Source of the DNA: Klebsormidium nitens
Taxonomy: Eukaryota; Plantae; Klebsormidiophyceae
NCBI GenBank assembly: GCA_000708835.1
Contig: DF237290.1
Span: forward strand, 35,702 to 99,701
Direction: 5' to 3'
Length of the DNA stretch: 64,000 nucleotides
This document shows positions 13,144 through 48,378 of the stretch, piece after piece. The number at the start of each line of letters is the position of its first letter. Position 1 is the stretch's first letter. Position numbers and translations under genes: made by a program. The notes beneath the pieces were generated by a model, which saw only the letters and a list, made by a program, of their open reading frames with translations, ran no database searches and was not told the DNA's origin.

Positions 13144-16100
13144 ATGGCGCCTGCTCGCTTTCATCCCCAGGTGGTGGCACTTCTCGTAGCACTGCATGGC
13201 ACTATCTTCTGCAATGCCGTAGTAACCAGAGACGGAGGACTGAGCTACGTGACACCAGACTACAACGTTCAAAATAGCGGACGTGGCCCCAGCAATCAGC
13301 CAGGGGATTCTGTGATCTGCCGTGAGCTGGTCCTTTCACGAGGCTACCCCTGCGAAGACCACTCAGTGACCACCAAAGAAGGCTTTGTTCTCGCACTCCA
13401 GCGAATCCCAGGAGGGAAGCAAGCTGGGAGCGAGGGATGGGAAGAGCCACCTCAGCAGCGCCCGCCCGTCCTGCTGATGCATGGCATCTTGCAAGGTGGG
13501 GTATCCGCCTCCCCCAAACCATTGGCAGCTCATCTGTGGGGTGGTTCTCTGACACTTGCTTTTGAAGACTGGTGTAAATCTGCGATTGATGTATCCGCAA
13601 TGCTGACTTATCCATATTGAACTAAGTATGTGGGGGAGGAAAGTAGGCTTGATGTGCAACCGCTCTGGTTGGTTTGATTGTTGATTGAAAATGAGTTTGG
13701 CTTATATCATGAGACTTGACAGCAAAGGAAAGTCTGACGAGTTATGTGACATGGTGAAACATTGAGCTTGAGTTTCCGTAAGGGGGAGTATCATCATGCT
13801 TGGTGTGCTTATGTGGGGCAGCCAAAGTCTTGACACAATACTGGCCACCCAAACAACATAGCAACCATGGCAGCGGCTCAATCTGAACCTTTGAGGTATG
13901 GTGGTTGTTCAAGTGCCTAATGGCACAAGAATAGAGCTTAGGCCCTGTTTGCTTTGCATATGGACAAAGTGGTTCAGAGGCTTTCCCTACATAGCCCTGG
14001 AAAGTTCCTACTCTGACCACTTTCTCTTCCATCCAGGTGGCGACTCTTGGCTACTGAACTTTCCAGGTATGACTGCCTGCTCCACCACTTTACGTTAGGC
14101 CTGTCATCGACAAACTGTTTGCTGAACATTCTTGTGTCCTTTACATGCATTCAGGGCCCTCCGCCTTCTGCTAAGAGAAAGCTTCCCTTCACTGCTTGGC
14201 TGGCCTCTGGGGAGTCCTCTGCTCTCCTTGTAAGAGTCACTTCCTTCTTTCACTCTGGGTCGGGCGACGGTCTCCTTGTCACTGAACTGATGCGGCTGAT
14301 GTTTGTGCACTCTACTGCAGCTGAAAACACGCTCGCCCTCACGCTCGCTGATGCTGGCTTCAACGTATTCCTTGGCAACTTCCGGGGCGCGCGCTGGAGC
14401 AACCACACCACGCTTCCGCGGAGCGACAAGGTGGGCACGCCAAGAAAGCATACGTCTCGTGCAAATTTGACTTCTGAGATGAGGACGATGGGCGTCCCTT
14501 TTTATCAATCCTGTCTGGGCATGTTTGAATCCGTTTAAGTGCTACCCAATCCCTGCCTGAAAGTGGCAAATCAAGAGAACTCTTGTTCTTCCAATCAATC
14601 GCTTGTCTTCGAGCCTTTCTTCTTCGTTCATGGTGCCCTTCTTTATGTCGACACCATCGGCCGGTCTCAGCCACTCCCTGTCTCATGTGTTCCTTTTATC
14701 GAGAGCCACACTAGAGTTGCTCCATGCGCGCCCAGATTGGCTGGAGATCTGGACGGCTGAATAACCAGAACATCCAAACAAGCTTGGAATCTGCATCTGG
14801 TTGCAAACTCATTTTCTGGGCCCCTGACCCTCCTGCTTCAGCCTGCTTCCTTCTGGTAGTTTTCTTTTTTCATCTCCTTAATACTTTTGGTTTCAGCAAG
14901 GACTCCTCTTGTTTTCACCCCGCAAATGGATTCGTGATTCTCCATCGGTTCTCGTGATTCTCTTTTCCAACCTGGCTGTTCTGCGTGCAGCGCTACTGGG
15001 ACTGGAGCTGGGAGGACCTGGCGAAAGATGACCTGCCTGCCCTGCTGCGCTACGTGCACGACCTAGCGCAGGCCAAGGTGCTCTACGTGGGCCACAGCCA
15101 GGTACGGCCCTTGTGTTCGGAGGGAAGAGAAAGGTGGACAAAAAGTTTAGCAAGAATATTTGTGTAGAAAAAGTGCGACAAAAATATGCAATGCCAACGT
15201 GCTCTACGTGGGTCACAGCCAGGTACGGCCCTTGTAGTCAGAAGGAAACGACAGGAGGATATTTGGTGAATGAACAGAATTGGGAAAAGAGACAAGGAAC
15301 AAGCATGGGCAAGGAGCACTACGTGGGCCACGCCAGGTACGGCCGGTGATTGCTGAGGGGGAGACATAAGGGTTTTCGGCAAAGAGTCGAATTGCAGATT
15401 CACGTGTTTCTCCCTCCACACACTCTGCTGATCATTTGAAGCCCATCAAAGTGCTTCTATCGACGTGCTTCCACACACTTCGTTTACAACTTTGCAAGGT
15501 TCCGTCCCAGAACAAACATGAATTATGGGAATGGGGGCCGAGCCCAACTGCGCCCGCCTGGGCATTGCCACCTATTGTGTGCCCCACAAGATGCTAACAC
15601 CCTAGAAGCCTTAAAGCTTTTCATTACAGGGCACGTTAACCCTGCTGGCCGCTTTGGCGGAGGATTCCGGAGTCGCTCCCCTGCTGTCGCGGGCGGTTCT
15701 GTTGTGCCCCATCGCGTACCTGGGCCACATCACGTCCGCGTTCCTGCGCGTCTTCTCCCGCATCTACCTCGACACGGTCAGAACACAAGCCTGGAACCCC
15801 AGAACTTCTCACTTCAGTCATCAACTAACACGATGGATCTTGACCTACTTATATCACCTGGAACTGACGGTTTACACGCTCGTCATCTGCACGAAACCTG
15901 ATTCCCTAACCGACCCCACCCACTTATGTCCTCTTTTTGTTCACTAAGCCAAACGCTTACTGTATCCATTCGACTTCATGATTGCTCCGATAGGCCCCTT
16001 GCGATTTGACACTGCTACCGACATTTAAGGTGTCGAAAGCTTTCAGCAATACTGCGCAATGCCCTTCCTTCGCCGCCCTTGTCCAGTTACAAGAGATGTT

Positions 16101-17898
16101 TTGCAGCTCAGTCACGCAAAGTGACGCTCACTTTCTTCTTCATTGAGTCGAGATCTTGGCGGTTCACACAAACTTTGGTCGGTAACGAGATCAAACCCCG
16201 ACTTGACGCACAGTTACACAACTTCCTTGAATGTGTTTTGGTGCTCTGCAGGCGGTGCGAGACAGTGGCCTATACGAGTTTAACATCAACAGGTGCGTCC
16301 TTTGGTCACTTTCCGTCAAGCAACACCGAAGATATATACCTAATCATCCGTCACACACGTCTCGGCATCTTCTTCGGCCCGTGGCCTCTGAACTCGACAG
16401 ACGGAGCGCTCCGCTTCGCGCTCCTTCAGTGCCCTAACAGCGGACCCTCTTTGACTCGAGGCGTCTGCCACGTTGTGATCCACGTGATTGGCGAACAAAT
16501 GTAAGATTTGCGAGAGTTTTCGACAAACGTTCCAAACGATTGAATGTATTTGACAATAAAATCAATAACCTGAGAGTAGTCTAAGCGCCCCCTGACACGT
16601 GGCTGTCGAGGAGTGTGCAGCGCGCTGGTTGAGCGGATGGCGGGCCAAGCGTGCGCGCACGAGGGCGTCCGGTGCAACAGCATCCTGGCGTCCGTTACAG
16701 GTGTGCGCGCGCGCCCACTTTTCTGTTCCTCTCATTATCTTGTTTTTGGCCCCGCCTACTTCGGCCTTTCCCTTCTCCTGCTCTGTACATGGAAAGAGCT
16801 TCGACCTGTAAACAACCGTACACTCGGCCATTGCTAGTTGTGCGTGCAGCAATCTTTTTTACAACTAGGGTTCAACCGACCCCTTCGCAAACCCGGCCGC
16901 AGCCACGGCAGGGAACTAGGCGGCCTCAAGATTTTCCTTGTGCTGAGCGGAAGTCGCACGAAATCGCTCTCACTTGTGCGCACTTGTTGAGCGACTCTGT
17001 GCAGCCATTCTCGGGGCGGGGCCAGTCCCCACTCCCGGTGCCACCCTGTTGTTAGCCGTTCTGTTCACTTCCTCGGCCTTCACCACATATTTTATCTACT
17101 CCGTGAGCATCTGCTGGAACTTCGGAGAAAGAGATGTTGCGGGGATTCTCCGATAAATGTCTCGTGCATACCGCGGGGTGCCACGTGGCAGGCCCCAATT
17201 GCTGCATCTCCATGGACCGGCTGGCGTTCTTCTTCCAGTACGAGTTCCAGTCGACGTCGGTGAAGAACCTCGCCCACCTGGCCCAGAGTGAGCACACACC
17301 TAGTTGCCGTGCACGCTTCCACGTGGGCAGTGCCACGTGGCACGCATATGCATGCTAACCTTTTTCATGCATGGAGGTTTCCTGTTAGGTCAGCTTCTGG
17401 TTCTGCCACGACCCTTTTGTCGCTTCGGCCTCGGATGTCATCAGTGGATGGAGGGTGTTGATGGTTGGCTCGACGAAAACCAACTCGGACTGAAAGGGTA
17501 TGAACGGAGGGAGTCTTTGAAGCTGGCAGGAAGTCCGCGTTTTCTTCAGAACTGTAAGACCACTGAAGGGCGTCGTCCTCCTTGCAGTGATTCGAACGGG
17601 CCGCTTCGCCAAGTATGACTACGGATGGGTCGGAAACCTTAGGCGCTATTTCAGGCTTTCCCCACCTGCATACGACCTTCGGCGTATCCCTTCAAGCCTT
17701 CCAATGCTCATAGCTTATGGGGGTATGGATGCTCTTAGTGATCCTCTCGACGTGCATAGGCTTCGTGCTGACCTTGTCAATGCTCCGCAAACGCTTTACG
17801 TTCCGCATTATGCACACGGGGATTTCATCTTGGGTAAAACAGCAAAGGAAGAAGTCTATGACAAGGTATCTCGATTCCTTTGGAGAACGCCCATTTGA
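13144..17898 (+). CDS. Triacylglycerol lipase, acid/gastric lipase family (alpha/beta hydrolase, about 425 aa, N-terminal signal peptide)
   Basis: Exons 13144-13495, 14037-14066, 14321-14430, 14991-15101, 15630-15776, 16252-16292, 16621-16700, 17192-17287 and 17588-17898. Motifs: GYPCEDHSVTTKEGFVLALQRIP, LMHGILQGGDSW, YVGHSQG nucleophile elbow, GGMDALSD (Asp) and YAHGDF (His). Confidence 0.93.
15199..15344 (+). repeat. Two intronic copies of the lipase exon 3' end plus donor site
   Basis: True end gtgctctacgtgggccacagccag|gtacggccc at 15078-15110; copies at 15199-15235 (near identical) and 15309-15344. Confidence 0.9.
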
Positions 17899-18843
17899 CT
17901 GATTCGTAGAGATCTTTAAGGGGGCCGCGGCTGCGGCCGCCCATCAACGCACCTACCACCATCAATTAAAGCATAGCTGAAAGCTGCACTCCACATTCTC
18001 ATGCTCATTTCTGTCTTATTGATCCACGGTGCGAGTGACAAAAGGGCTACGTTCCATATCACCGCGCAGGCACTTACCTATTGATCGATCAGCTTTTGCA
18101 GAGGTTATTCATCGCGACGTCATGCAAACCCAAAAGCTTTCGAAAATGCTGACAATAGATGCTCACACATCCAAAATTCTAGCATGAATGAACCCCTACG
18201 TACCGGCCTAGGTGGGGCTATCATATGTCTGGCGATGAATTCCTTTCCGCTCAATTAACTTAGACCATGAGTCACTGACTCAAGTGCAGGTTAGACTTGT
18301 ATAAAGTTGTCGATTTCCATCTCCCATCACATCCAAAAACTGACTTATAAATGCTCCAGACTTGGTTGAAACTCGTATACCCACATGCCAGCACAATTAT
18401 ACATTACGAATAAGCTTCCAGTACGTATACATACATAAAGGACGGCCCGTCCATCTCAACATGATGATGGCTGAGCTAATGATGCTTCATTTACATAGCA
18501 ACTCTTCCAATCTAGCTATGGCTAAATACATACCGCGGGCTTCAGTACACATTTACATGCAATGCGCCGGGCCTGTATGGGCCGGCGGCCGGTATACAGT
18601 GGCAAAAAAAAGAAGAAGCAATGAGGTAAAGAAGAATACAGAGGTCCAACACGTGAAAGCAAGGTCTATAAGTGCTTGCGCTTTTCTTCTGTGCTGCTTG
18701 AGGGCCCCAGAGAGCGCCCCCGTCCACCGCTGCCAGCCTAAAGTTGGCAGCAAGGCCGTTTGTACAAGTATCAAGAATTTTCCAAACTTCGCTCACTGCT
18801 CTTGATCACGCTGCAGTATGCTAAAACTACATCAATTGCCAGA

Positions 18844-39122
<20,279 letters not shown>

Positions 39123-39809
39123 TGTGGCCTGTTTCTACCTCTCGCTGATTGTCTCATCTCCCCGTGGTTCTCAGCTGAAAACAGGTGCCTCTGCCTCCGT
39201 GCCTTATCCAGCTTATGATCTCGAGGTTGCAGACTTTTGATTGAGCGCCCTTCTGAAGGCTGAGCAGCCCTGGGCATTTAGGCTTGGTAGGTAATCTCGA
39301 GGGCTGCCACAGCCCTAGCTAGACGTACAGTGGCAGGAGACGTCGAAGAACTATTGTGACGGTCATTCTCTGGCTTCCTTAAAAGTTTGATCTGAGCCGT
39401 CAAACTGTATACTAGGCTGTGCAAAATCTCATCGGACGGGCGGCAAGTAAGTCCATATTCGACTCCTGACCAATGAGATTGATGTAGGTTCAAGTTGAAG
39501 CGTAAGTTGGAACTTGAGCCTCAAGTTGAGGTGAGTTGCGGGCCTATTCAGGCCCATTTCATTTTCAAAGGGCGCATTGTAATCTGAATCTCCTGCACGC
39601 AGCTCAGCTCACACTCACAGCCAATAAGCAGCAAAGCAGCTCGGATTATCGCAAGCAATTGCCTTCTTTCACCAGAGATTCTCTGATGTGTCTTTTGATT
39701 TCTCTAAGTGGTGCATCAACAATCCTGCGAGCGCAGCTGTAGATTGCAGAGTCTGTGTAAACCAAAACAGCTCCTCAAGGAGCTGAGGTTGATTGCAGCT
39801 GCTTCAGCG

Positions 39810-41664
39810 ATGTCGGTCTTTGCGCCAATCATTGAAGGCATCAAGGGGGTGAAGGATGTGAACGGAGAGATCCAAACTAAGCCCTTTCTGGACGTGTGTG
39901 GCCACGTGCTCCCTGTAACTGGTACGTGCTGCGCTGATTGCTTTACATAGGATGAGCTGATGTGCCGTTGTTCCCCCGAGCAACAACTAAGTTTTCAATC
40001 AAGTTGCTATTGCTACTTGTCTCCTCATTTCAGCTTACTCTTTGTTGCAGACAAGTTTGGCGCTGCGTTCACTCTGGTGAAGTCTGACATTGGTGGAAAC
40101 ATATCGGTGAGTATGGCCCCTCCTTAGTCTTTGATCCTGAGCTGTTCGTTTGTATGATGTTTCTATGATATTCTACCCTCAATGCATTTCTTTCATGCAT
40201 TGTCAGGAAGAACTCTTGATGGGGCAATTCCAAGTACAACTCTTTGTAGTTTTTATGTCATTGGGAAGATCTTCACTTTATTGACCATGATCCAAGCAAC
40301 TCCAGATTTGAGCTGATTCATGACTATTTTTGGTGCAGCGTTTGACCACCAAGTACGACCAAAACCCGGCAGCATATCAACTGCTGTACCCAATCGTCAC
40401 AGAAGAAGTGAAGGCTGGGACAGCAACTGGTGGCAAATCAGACAGTCAGGGTCTGCTTTGGTTGAACAGGCAAGTCTCAGATCGTTTGGATCAGCTCAGG
40501 AACTAGCAGCGATTCTTAGTGAGGTAGGTGTAGCTGACTGATAAGATCTGTCTTTCTGAGCACTCGCAGTCCCAAGGAGAGCAGTGCCCATGCTTTCTGC
40601 ACCACTTTTTTCTTGATCATGATCAACTTTGCCTATGTGCAGATTGTTCCTTTTTGTACCCGTCCCTTCTGCATAAGTTTGTTTATCCCCTCACTAAATG
40701 CACAGAGCTTTAAAACAAGGTTTCACTTTTTGCTGTTCTCTGTCGATGCTTGTTGTTATCCTGGCACCTTCCAATGCAGAGCTATGGAGTTTATAGTTGC
40801 CCTCTTCCGGAACTTGGAGCAGCACAAGGATTGGACTACAACACAGGCTGCTAATGAGGCGTACAATGTTACATTGAAGCCCTACCATGGTTGGATGGCA
40901 CAGACAGCTTTCACGGTGAGTGTGCTTGCAAGAGCAAGCTGGTATCTGTAGCTTAAGGTTGCTGAACTTTCGTCTTGTTGTTAAAAGATTGCAACTTCAT
41001 TGCAGTTGAGAGTGTACGGACATGGACTTGGATCCCGCTTTGTTTCTCCGGTTCTCAGAGTACGTAAGGCAATCCCATCTCAAAGTCAGAAGCGATGATG
41101 AAAAATACTCATAGCCCTCCACGAAAACTTGTCCTTTGTTCTCAAATGTTGGTGATACGAAGTGACTTTTCTCCACCCCGGCTTTGTGCGCAGACTGCAA
41201 TGAGATTCATTCCGAACAGGGACTCCTTCTTTGCCAACCTTGGTTCTGGCGATCTCACTGGCGACATTGACCAATTCATTGGTGACTTCTCGCCTCTCCT
41301 GGCTGAAAATCACGAATTCTTGGTGAGTAACAAGCGACAGCGACTTTCGCATTATCTGCAATTTCGTTTTGTGACACCTACCGCTTGCAACAGATCTTAG
41401 AGGCAGCATGATAGTACTTTGTCCATACTGAAGTCTTTGATGCTTCGAAATCCAAGGCAGCTCCGAAAGGCAGTCCTTGAAGTTCGTGCCAGGTCTGTTG
41501 ACGATCTGCAAAAGAGCATCGGCTCAAGGCAAGAGCGAAGGAAAGATTTGACGTCTTGAAAGTTTCCTTCCCCCGCGGTTGCTGGAAAGACCTTAATGCT
41601 TGAATCGATGATATGGCTTTCCTGCGTGCAGAAAAAAAATGGACTAGCTGACCTCAAGGCTTGA
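39810..41664 (+). CDS. GLTP1: Glycolipid transfer protein (198 aa)
   Basis: Exons 39810-39921, 40051-40106, 40339-40469 (GC donor), 40780-40915, 41194-41322 and 41632-41664. Motifs: KPFLDVC, DKFGAAFTLVKSDIGGNISRL, GLLWLNRAMEF, TLKPYHGW and GLADLKA*. Confidence 0.93.
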
Positions 41665-42603
41665 CTGTAGAGGCTTCTCCTAGCACCACCCGACGTGGGA
41701 TGCAGATTGATGGCAACGAGGTTTGCGTTTGGCACATGTTCGAGAGAAGAAGAGCTTCTGAATTTATGGATCCAGCTGCTGTAGTGATGTTGCTCTGGAG
41801 ATACTATCAAGCCAGGTACTGCCCTTTTTGCTGTGTACATTCAAAGATTTTGCCGACGAGAATAACGACTGACAATGATGATTGACGAATATTCAGCCGC
41901 TTTTGAGCTCCAGCAACTTATTTTATTATAGAAGATTCGTAGACTTGGAGGATCTGGGGCAGAGTACTCAACTCACCCCACTGTTTAAGCAGCGACATAC
42001 TGCGCGCACATGGCACTTCATTACTAAGTTCACTTGTGCGCTATGCCTGGAAGTCCGACACATGCTTAAGGTCCGGCGAATTAGACTTATTCTCATGTCA
42101 GTGCATGCACACATGGACATGTCGCTCATTTCACTGGCACTCACCACGACGGTCACATGTGCGCATAGAATGATGTTCAGTGCGCGCAAACATTCACATG
42201 CGCTGAACAGACCGACTATATCGTAACTCGGATTAAGCCTGCGTGCATACTTGCAGTCCGACCGCACGGCAGCCTAATTCGAGTCCCACAAGGTTGCAGT
42301 CGATTGCGCTGCATGAAACACACGCTCGATAGCTCATCGGTTCGAGTTTGAGCCAGGCTGGGGCTGCAGATCATGGAATTGTAACGTCCTGCCAGAGCGA
42401 ATCAATCAGGTTGTGTCTCTAGGAATGCTTAGTATGTACCTTTACAGAACTTGCTCAAAGAATCGTACGGTTCGATGCCGCTCAACGATCCGCCTGAATC
42501 CAACTTCTGAGGCATGACTGCAGCCCGCGACGGGAACTGAACGCAATTGCTGCATGGTAAATCAGAAGACGATTGGGCTGGCAAGAATACACCCTTTCCG
42601 GCT

Positions 42604-45069
42604 CTACTGTTTTCGTCGATTCGGATCCTTAAGACCAAGGACATGGAGAATCATCCGTCGAGCGACCACAACTGACGTGGGTGGCTTCCCTGCTGACCGG
42701 ATGTACCCAGCCCCGCTCAGGGACTCGGAACCCAGTCCAGCTGCCACCTTCTTCATCCCCACTGGCTTCTTTGACGCCTTTGACGCCTTCGTGCTTAAGG
42801 AAACATCCTCACCGACCCTGTTGTGAAAAGCTTTTTCATCAAAGCCCCAGGTCTCTGCTTGCCTTCCTACTTCGTAATCGTCCCACTGAGTATTTCTCAC
42901 CCAACTCTCATCGTTTTGCGACTCGTTTCCTTCAAGAGCCGTCGCCGTCGTTCCCCAGTCCGCCCCTACTTCCGAGGTCCACCAGTGCGAGAACAAGTCA
43001 GCCGGAAGCACCGTTCGTTCGTTCTTCTTCTTCCCTTTCTTAGACTTACTTTGAGGCTCTGGGGATGCTTCTACCCACTTTTCCGGCTTCGAAACAGCCT
43101 GGGCTGCCATACCTCGCCTCCTGTACCGAGCCAGAATCTCCTGGGTTGTCGACAACGGGTCGAAGCGCAATGTTGCAGACGAGTCGGTTTGTAGAGCGGC
43201 GTCAACCAGGAACTCTTCAATGGCAGAGCCTCCCTGCAATGAAAGAGGAGATTGATGTCCCATTCCATCAAAATACCTTGCAGGGATGTTCTGGGAGAGT
43301 CGACGAAATCTTCAAAAAGGGAATCACTGAGCATGCCTTTGTGCCAGAAGTGGTGAATAGTAGCATGAAGAAAGGGGCAACATCTGTGCTTTTTGTGCAG
43401 ATATCAGGAGCGAGAAGACAAGCAAGCTGTAATGTGGATGATTATATACAAACCTCCATACAGCTGGGTCAGAGAGACCACGTGAAGCGAGATGGAAGTG
43501 GTCGGAAGCAGGTGAAGCATGACCAACTGAACCACAAAGATATCTGCCACCCTCCTGAGGCAATAAATTCACCGATTGTGTACTCCCCAAATCTCGAGCA
43601 TCCCCTGTCTATGTTGTGGAGTCATATTTCGTTGTTTCGACCTGAATGAGGAGGTATTAGAACCAACCTGTCCCAATCACCACGCAGCTAAATATAAATT
43701 GACTTCTCCGATTTCGATGAACCTCTTCTAGACGGAAAGTGCAGGAAGACTAGGCAAGAGCAAAAGAGGTCTGTGCCGTCGAGCTGACAGGTTTCTATTT
43801 TGCAAGGTACTCAAATCAACGAGCAATCTAAGCAACTCAGCAGATTGACCAGATTGAGAGGCTGACTAGAAACAAACAGAACTCACCTCTTCCAGCTCAA
43901 GAAGCCCCGTCACATATGGCACACAGACGTCTGAGTCCAACCCAAGCCCCCACATTTTGGCGTTCAACCAAACTCCGAACTCCTCTTCTCTCTCTTCCTC
44001 CTCTCCCATTTCTTCCTCCGCCTCTGCTTCCAGGCCCGGGGAGGACTCTTGTCCCCAGTCAGTCCACGCATCCCAGATGTTCTCAACCAGCCACGCAATC
44101 TTTGGATCCCTCCGACCGCCCTGCTTTCCTAGCTCCAGGTGCGCTACTGGTTGACTCAGGTCAGCATGTGGCCTGTGGTTGGGAGCATGGCTTCCAAAAA
44201 CTCTGCCAGTCCCTCTCGCTTCTCCTCAGGCCCCTCTTCTGTTTCCATCTGTGATTTAGAAAACGAGTATGAAATGGCATATCGAGTGGAAAAGTCGTAA
44301 AATCAAATGTAGACAGCAGGAACTGACGATTTGATATTGGTGGCATCTGCAGGAAGTAGTTTGATAGAGTCAAAGAAACAAGCGTCACTAAGTGATTTAC
44401 TGGAAGAAAAGCAGCAAGCACTTTTGGGCCACGAGAAGATTGGTGTCTTTTGGCTGGCAACTGATCCTGCACGATGTACTCGACATGCGCCCATTAAGAG
44501 ATTTATCTGAGCATACCTGTAGAATGAGCAAAGTCAACCACTTACTCTCAATAAGCCATCTAGATAAAGCGCCACCACAGCATCCATCTGAATTTCTGCG
44601 CTGCTCACAAGGCGCTGCAGCCAGTCTAACCAATTCTCAGCGAGGCTCTTTCAAAGCGCACTACTGGCGTCCTCTCTTGCATGGCCTCCTTATTCTCTAC
44701 TTCTCTCCAAAACTTGGTTGACGGATCGGTTGCGCCTTGCAACCAATCCCTCTCCTTTGAGTGTGAAAGCTTTGAGCTGGGATCTTCCCCGGCTCCTGTT
44801 AAAGCTCTGATGCATTGCTGCTCACCCGCAGCAAACTCATGTTTCTCTGTGCCTGGCTTGGGTCGGGTGGAAGTGCCGCTTCTCTCTACCTTTCTGATCT
44901 CTTGCCTTGATTGCTTGCCCTGGACATCTGAAGCCAAGCACTCTGACACAGAAAGTCCAGCTTTTTGCTCACTTTTAGCGATTTCAGAAAGCTCTTCTCT
45001 AAGATGCGGAGGGGCATACACGCCCACAGGCCGCCTTTTGCTCTTTCGCGGGGTTACTTCGCTGGCCAT
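42604..45069 (-). CDS. R3HCC1/R3HCC1L-like protein with two CCDC43-like PWI-type repeats; two apparent frame breaks, so possibly a pseudogene
   Basis: N-terminal KRRPVGVYAPPHLR and C-terminal PPTSVVVARRMILHVLGLK. Coding-like segments lie at 45069-~44640, ~44640-44546, 44248-43887 and 43233-42604. Frame changes are needed near 44640 and near 44160-44190. Confidence 0.55.
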
Positions 45070-45849
45070 TATATTATCTTTAGTGCTACACGTACTTCTA
45101 AGCAGGCCAACAGCTCGTTAAAGCTGATACCCCAACAGCACAGGCAACCTTTTAATTCTGTGATGAAATCTGATTGATTGTGCAGCCCTCAATTGAGAAA
45201 CCTTTGCCCAATCATTCATCCATTGGGATTGAAGGAAAAACCTCGACGAGAGGGGGCAGATTCAAAGCCATCAGGGGCTGCCATGCCCCTGCAAGCTGGC
45301 GCCCGGCCAGCTGCCTGCTGATCTGCTGATGTTTGAAGTGTGGTGAGCTGCTCGAAGTTTGAGCTCAGTCGAGGCATAGCAGCGTGCACCTGTGAAACAG
45401 CATAATATGCGAGTGCTCTCTCATGAATTTTCGTACATTTTCGGCGGGGGCACAATTTCGTACGTCAACATCTCGGTCGGGGCCTGTTGAGCGCCATCGG
45501 TTACTCGAGTCTACTTGCGTCTTGAGCGTTACCAGGTACAGATGAGCTTCGGAGCTTTAGCTTCGCAATATACTCTGTTATATTTGGCCGCCTTGTTGCT
45601 CGATACGTGGACATTTAGGCCAACGTCTAGCTGATCAGCATTGAAGTTACCTTCACCCTTGAAGTTGCAGCATGGACATTGGACAGAAGGGGGACAGAAG
45701 GAGCTGGGAACGGATTCAAGAGACGGCTGCAGTCAGCTGCAACTGTCTATGCAGAAGGCTACTGTAAGGCAGCATTTAAGCTTCGGTCGCAATCAGGGCG
45801 TGGCATTGGCAGTTGCTTTCGGCTGCCTTCTTGCGGAGTCCAATTACTC

Positions 45850-48378
<2,529 letters not shown>

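Noticed and set aside
13496-13510. Possible U12-type donor (gtatcc) in lipase intron 1
   Set aside because: It lacks the RTATCCTTT consensus, and a standard GT donor at 13496 fits the frame.
16974-17010. Possible relic of lipase exon 16621 (gttgagcg shared)
   Set aside because: Only about 8-12 matching bases, within chance.
43065-43649. 194-aa plus-strand ORF
   Set aside because: Antisense to the R3HCC1-like gene, with no motif or splice support.
44640-44700. TGA as selenocysteine to rescue the R3HCC1-like frame, prompted by the nearby SelU
   Set aside because: The same frame has a TAA further upstream, so Sec readthrough would not connect it to the start.
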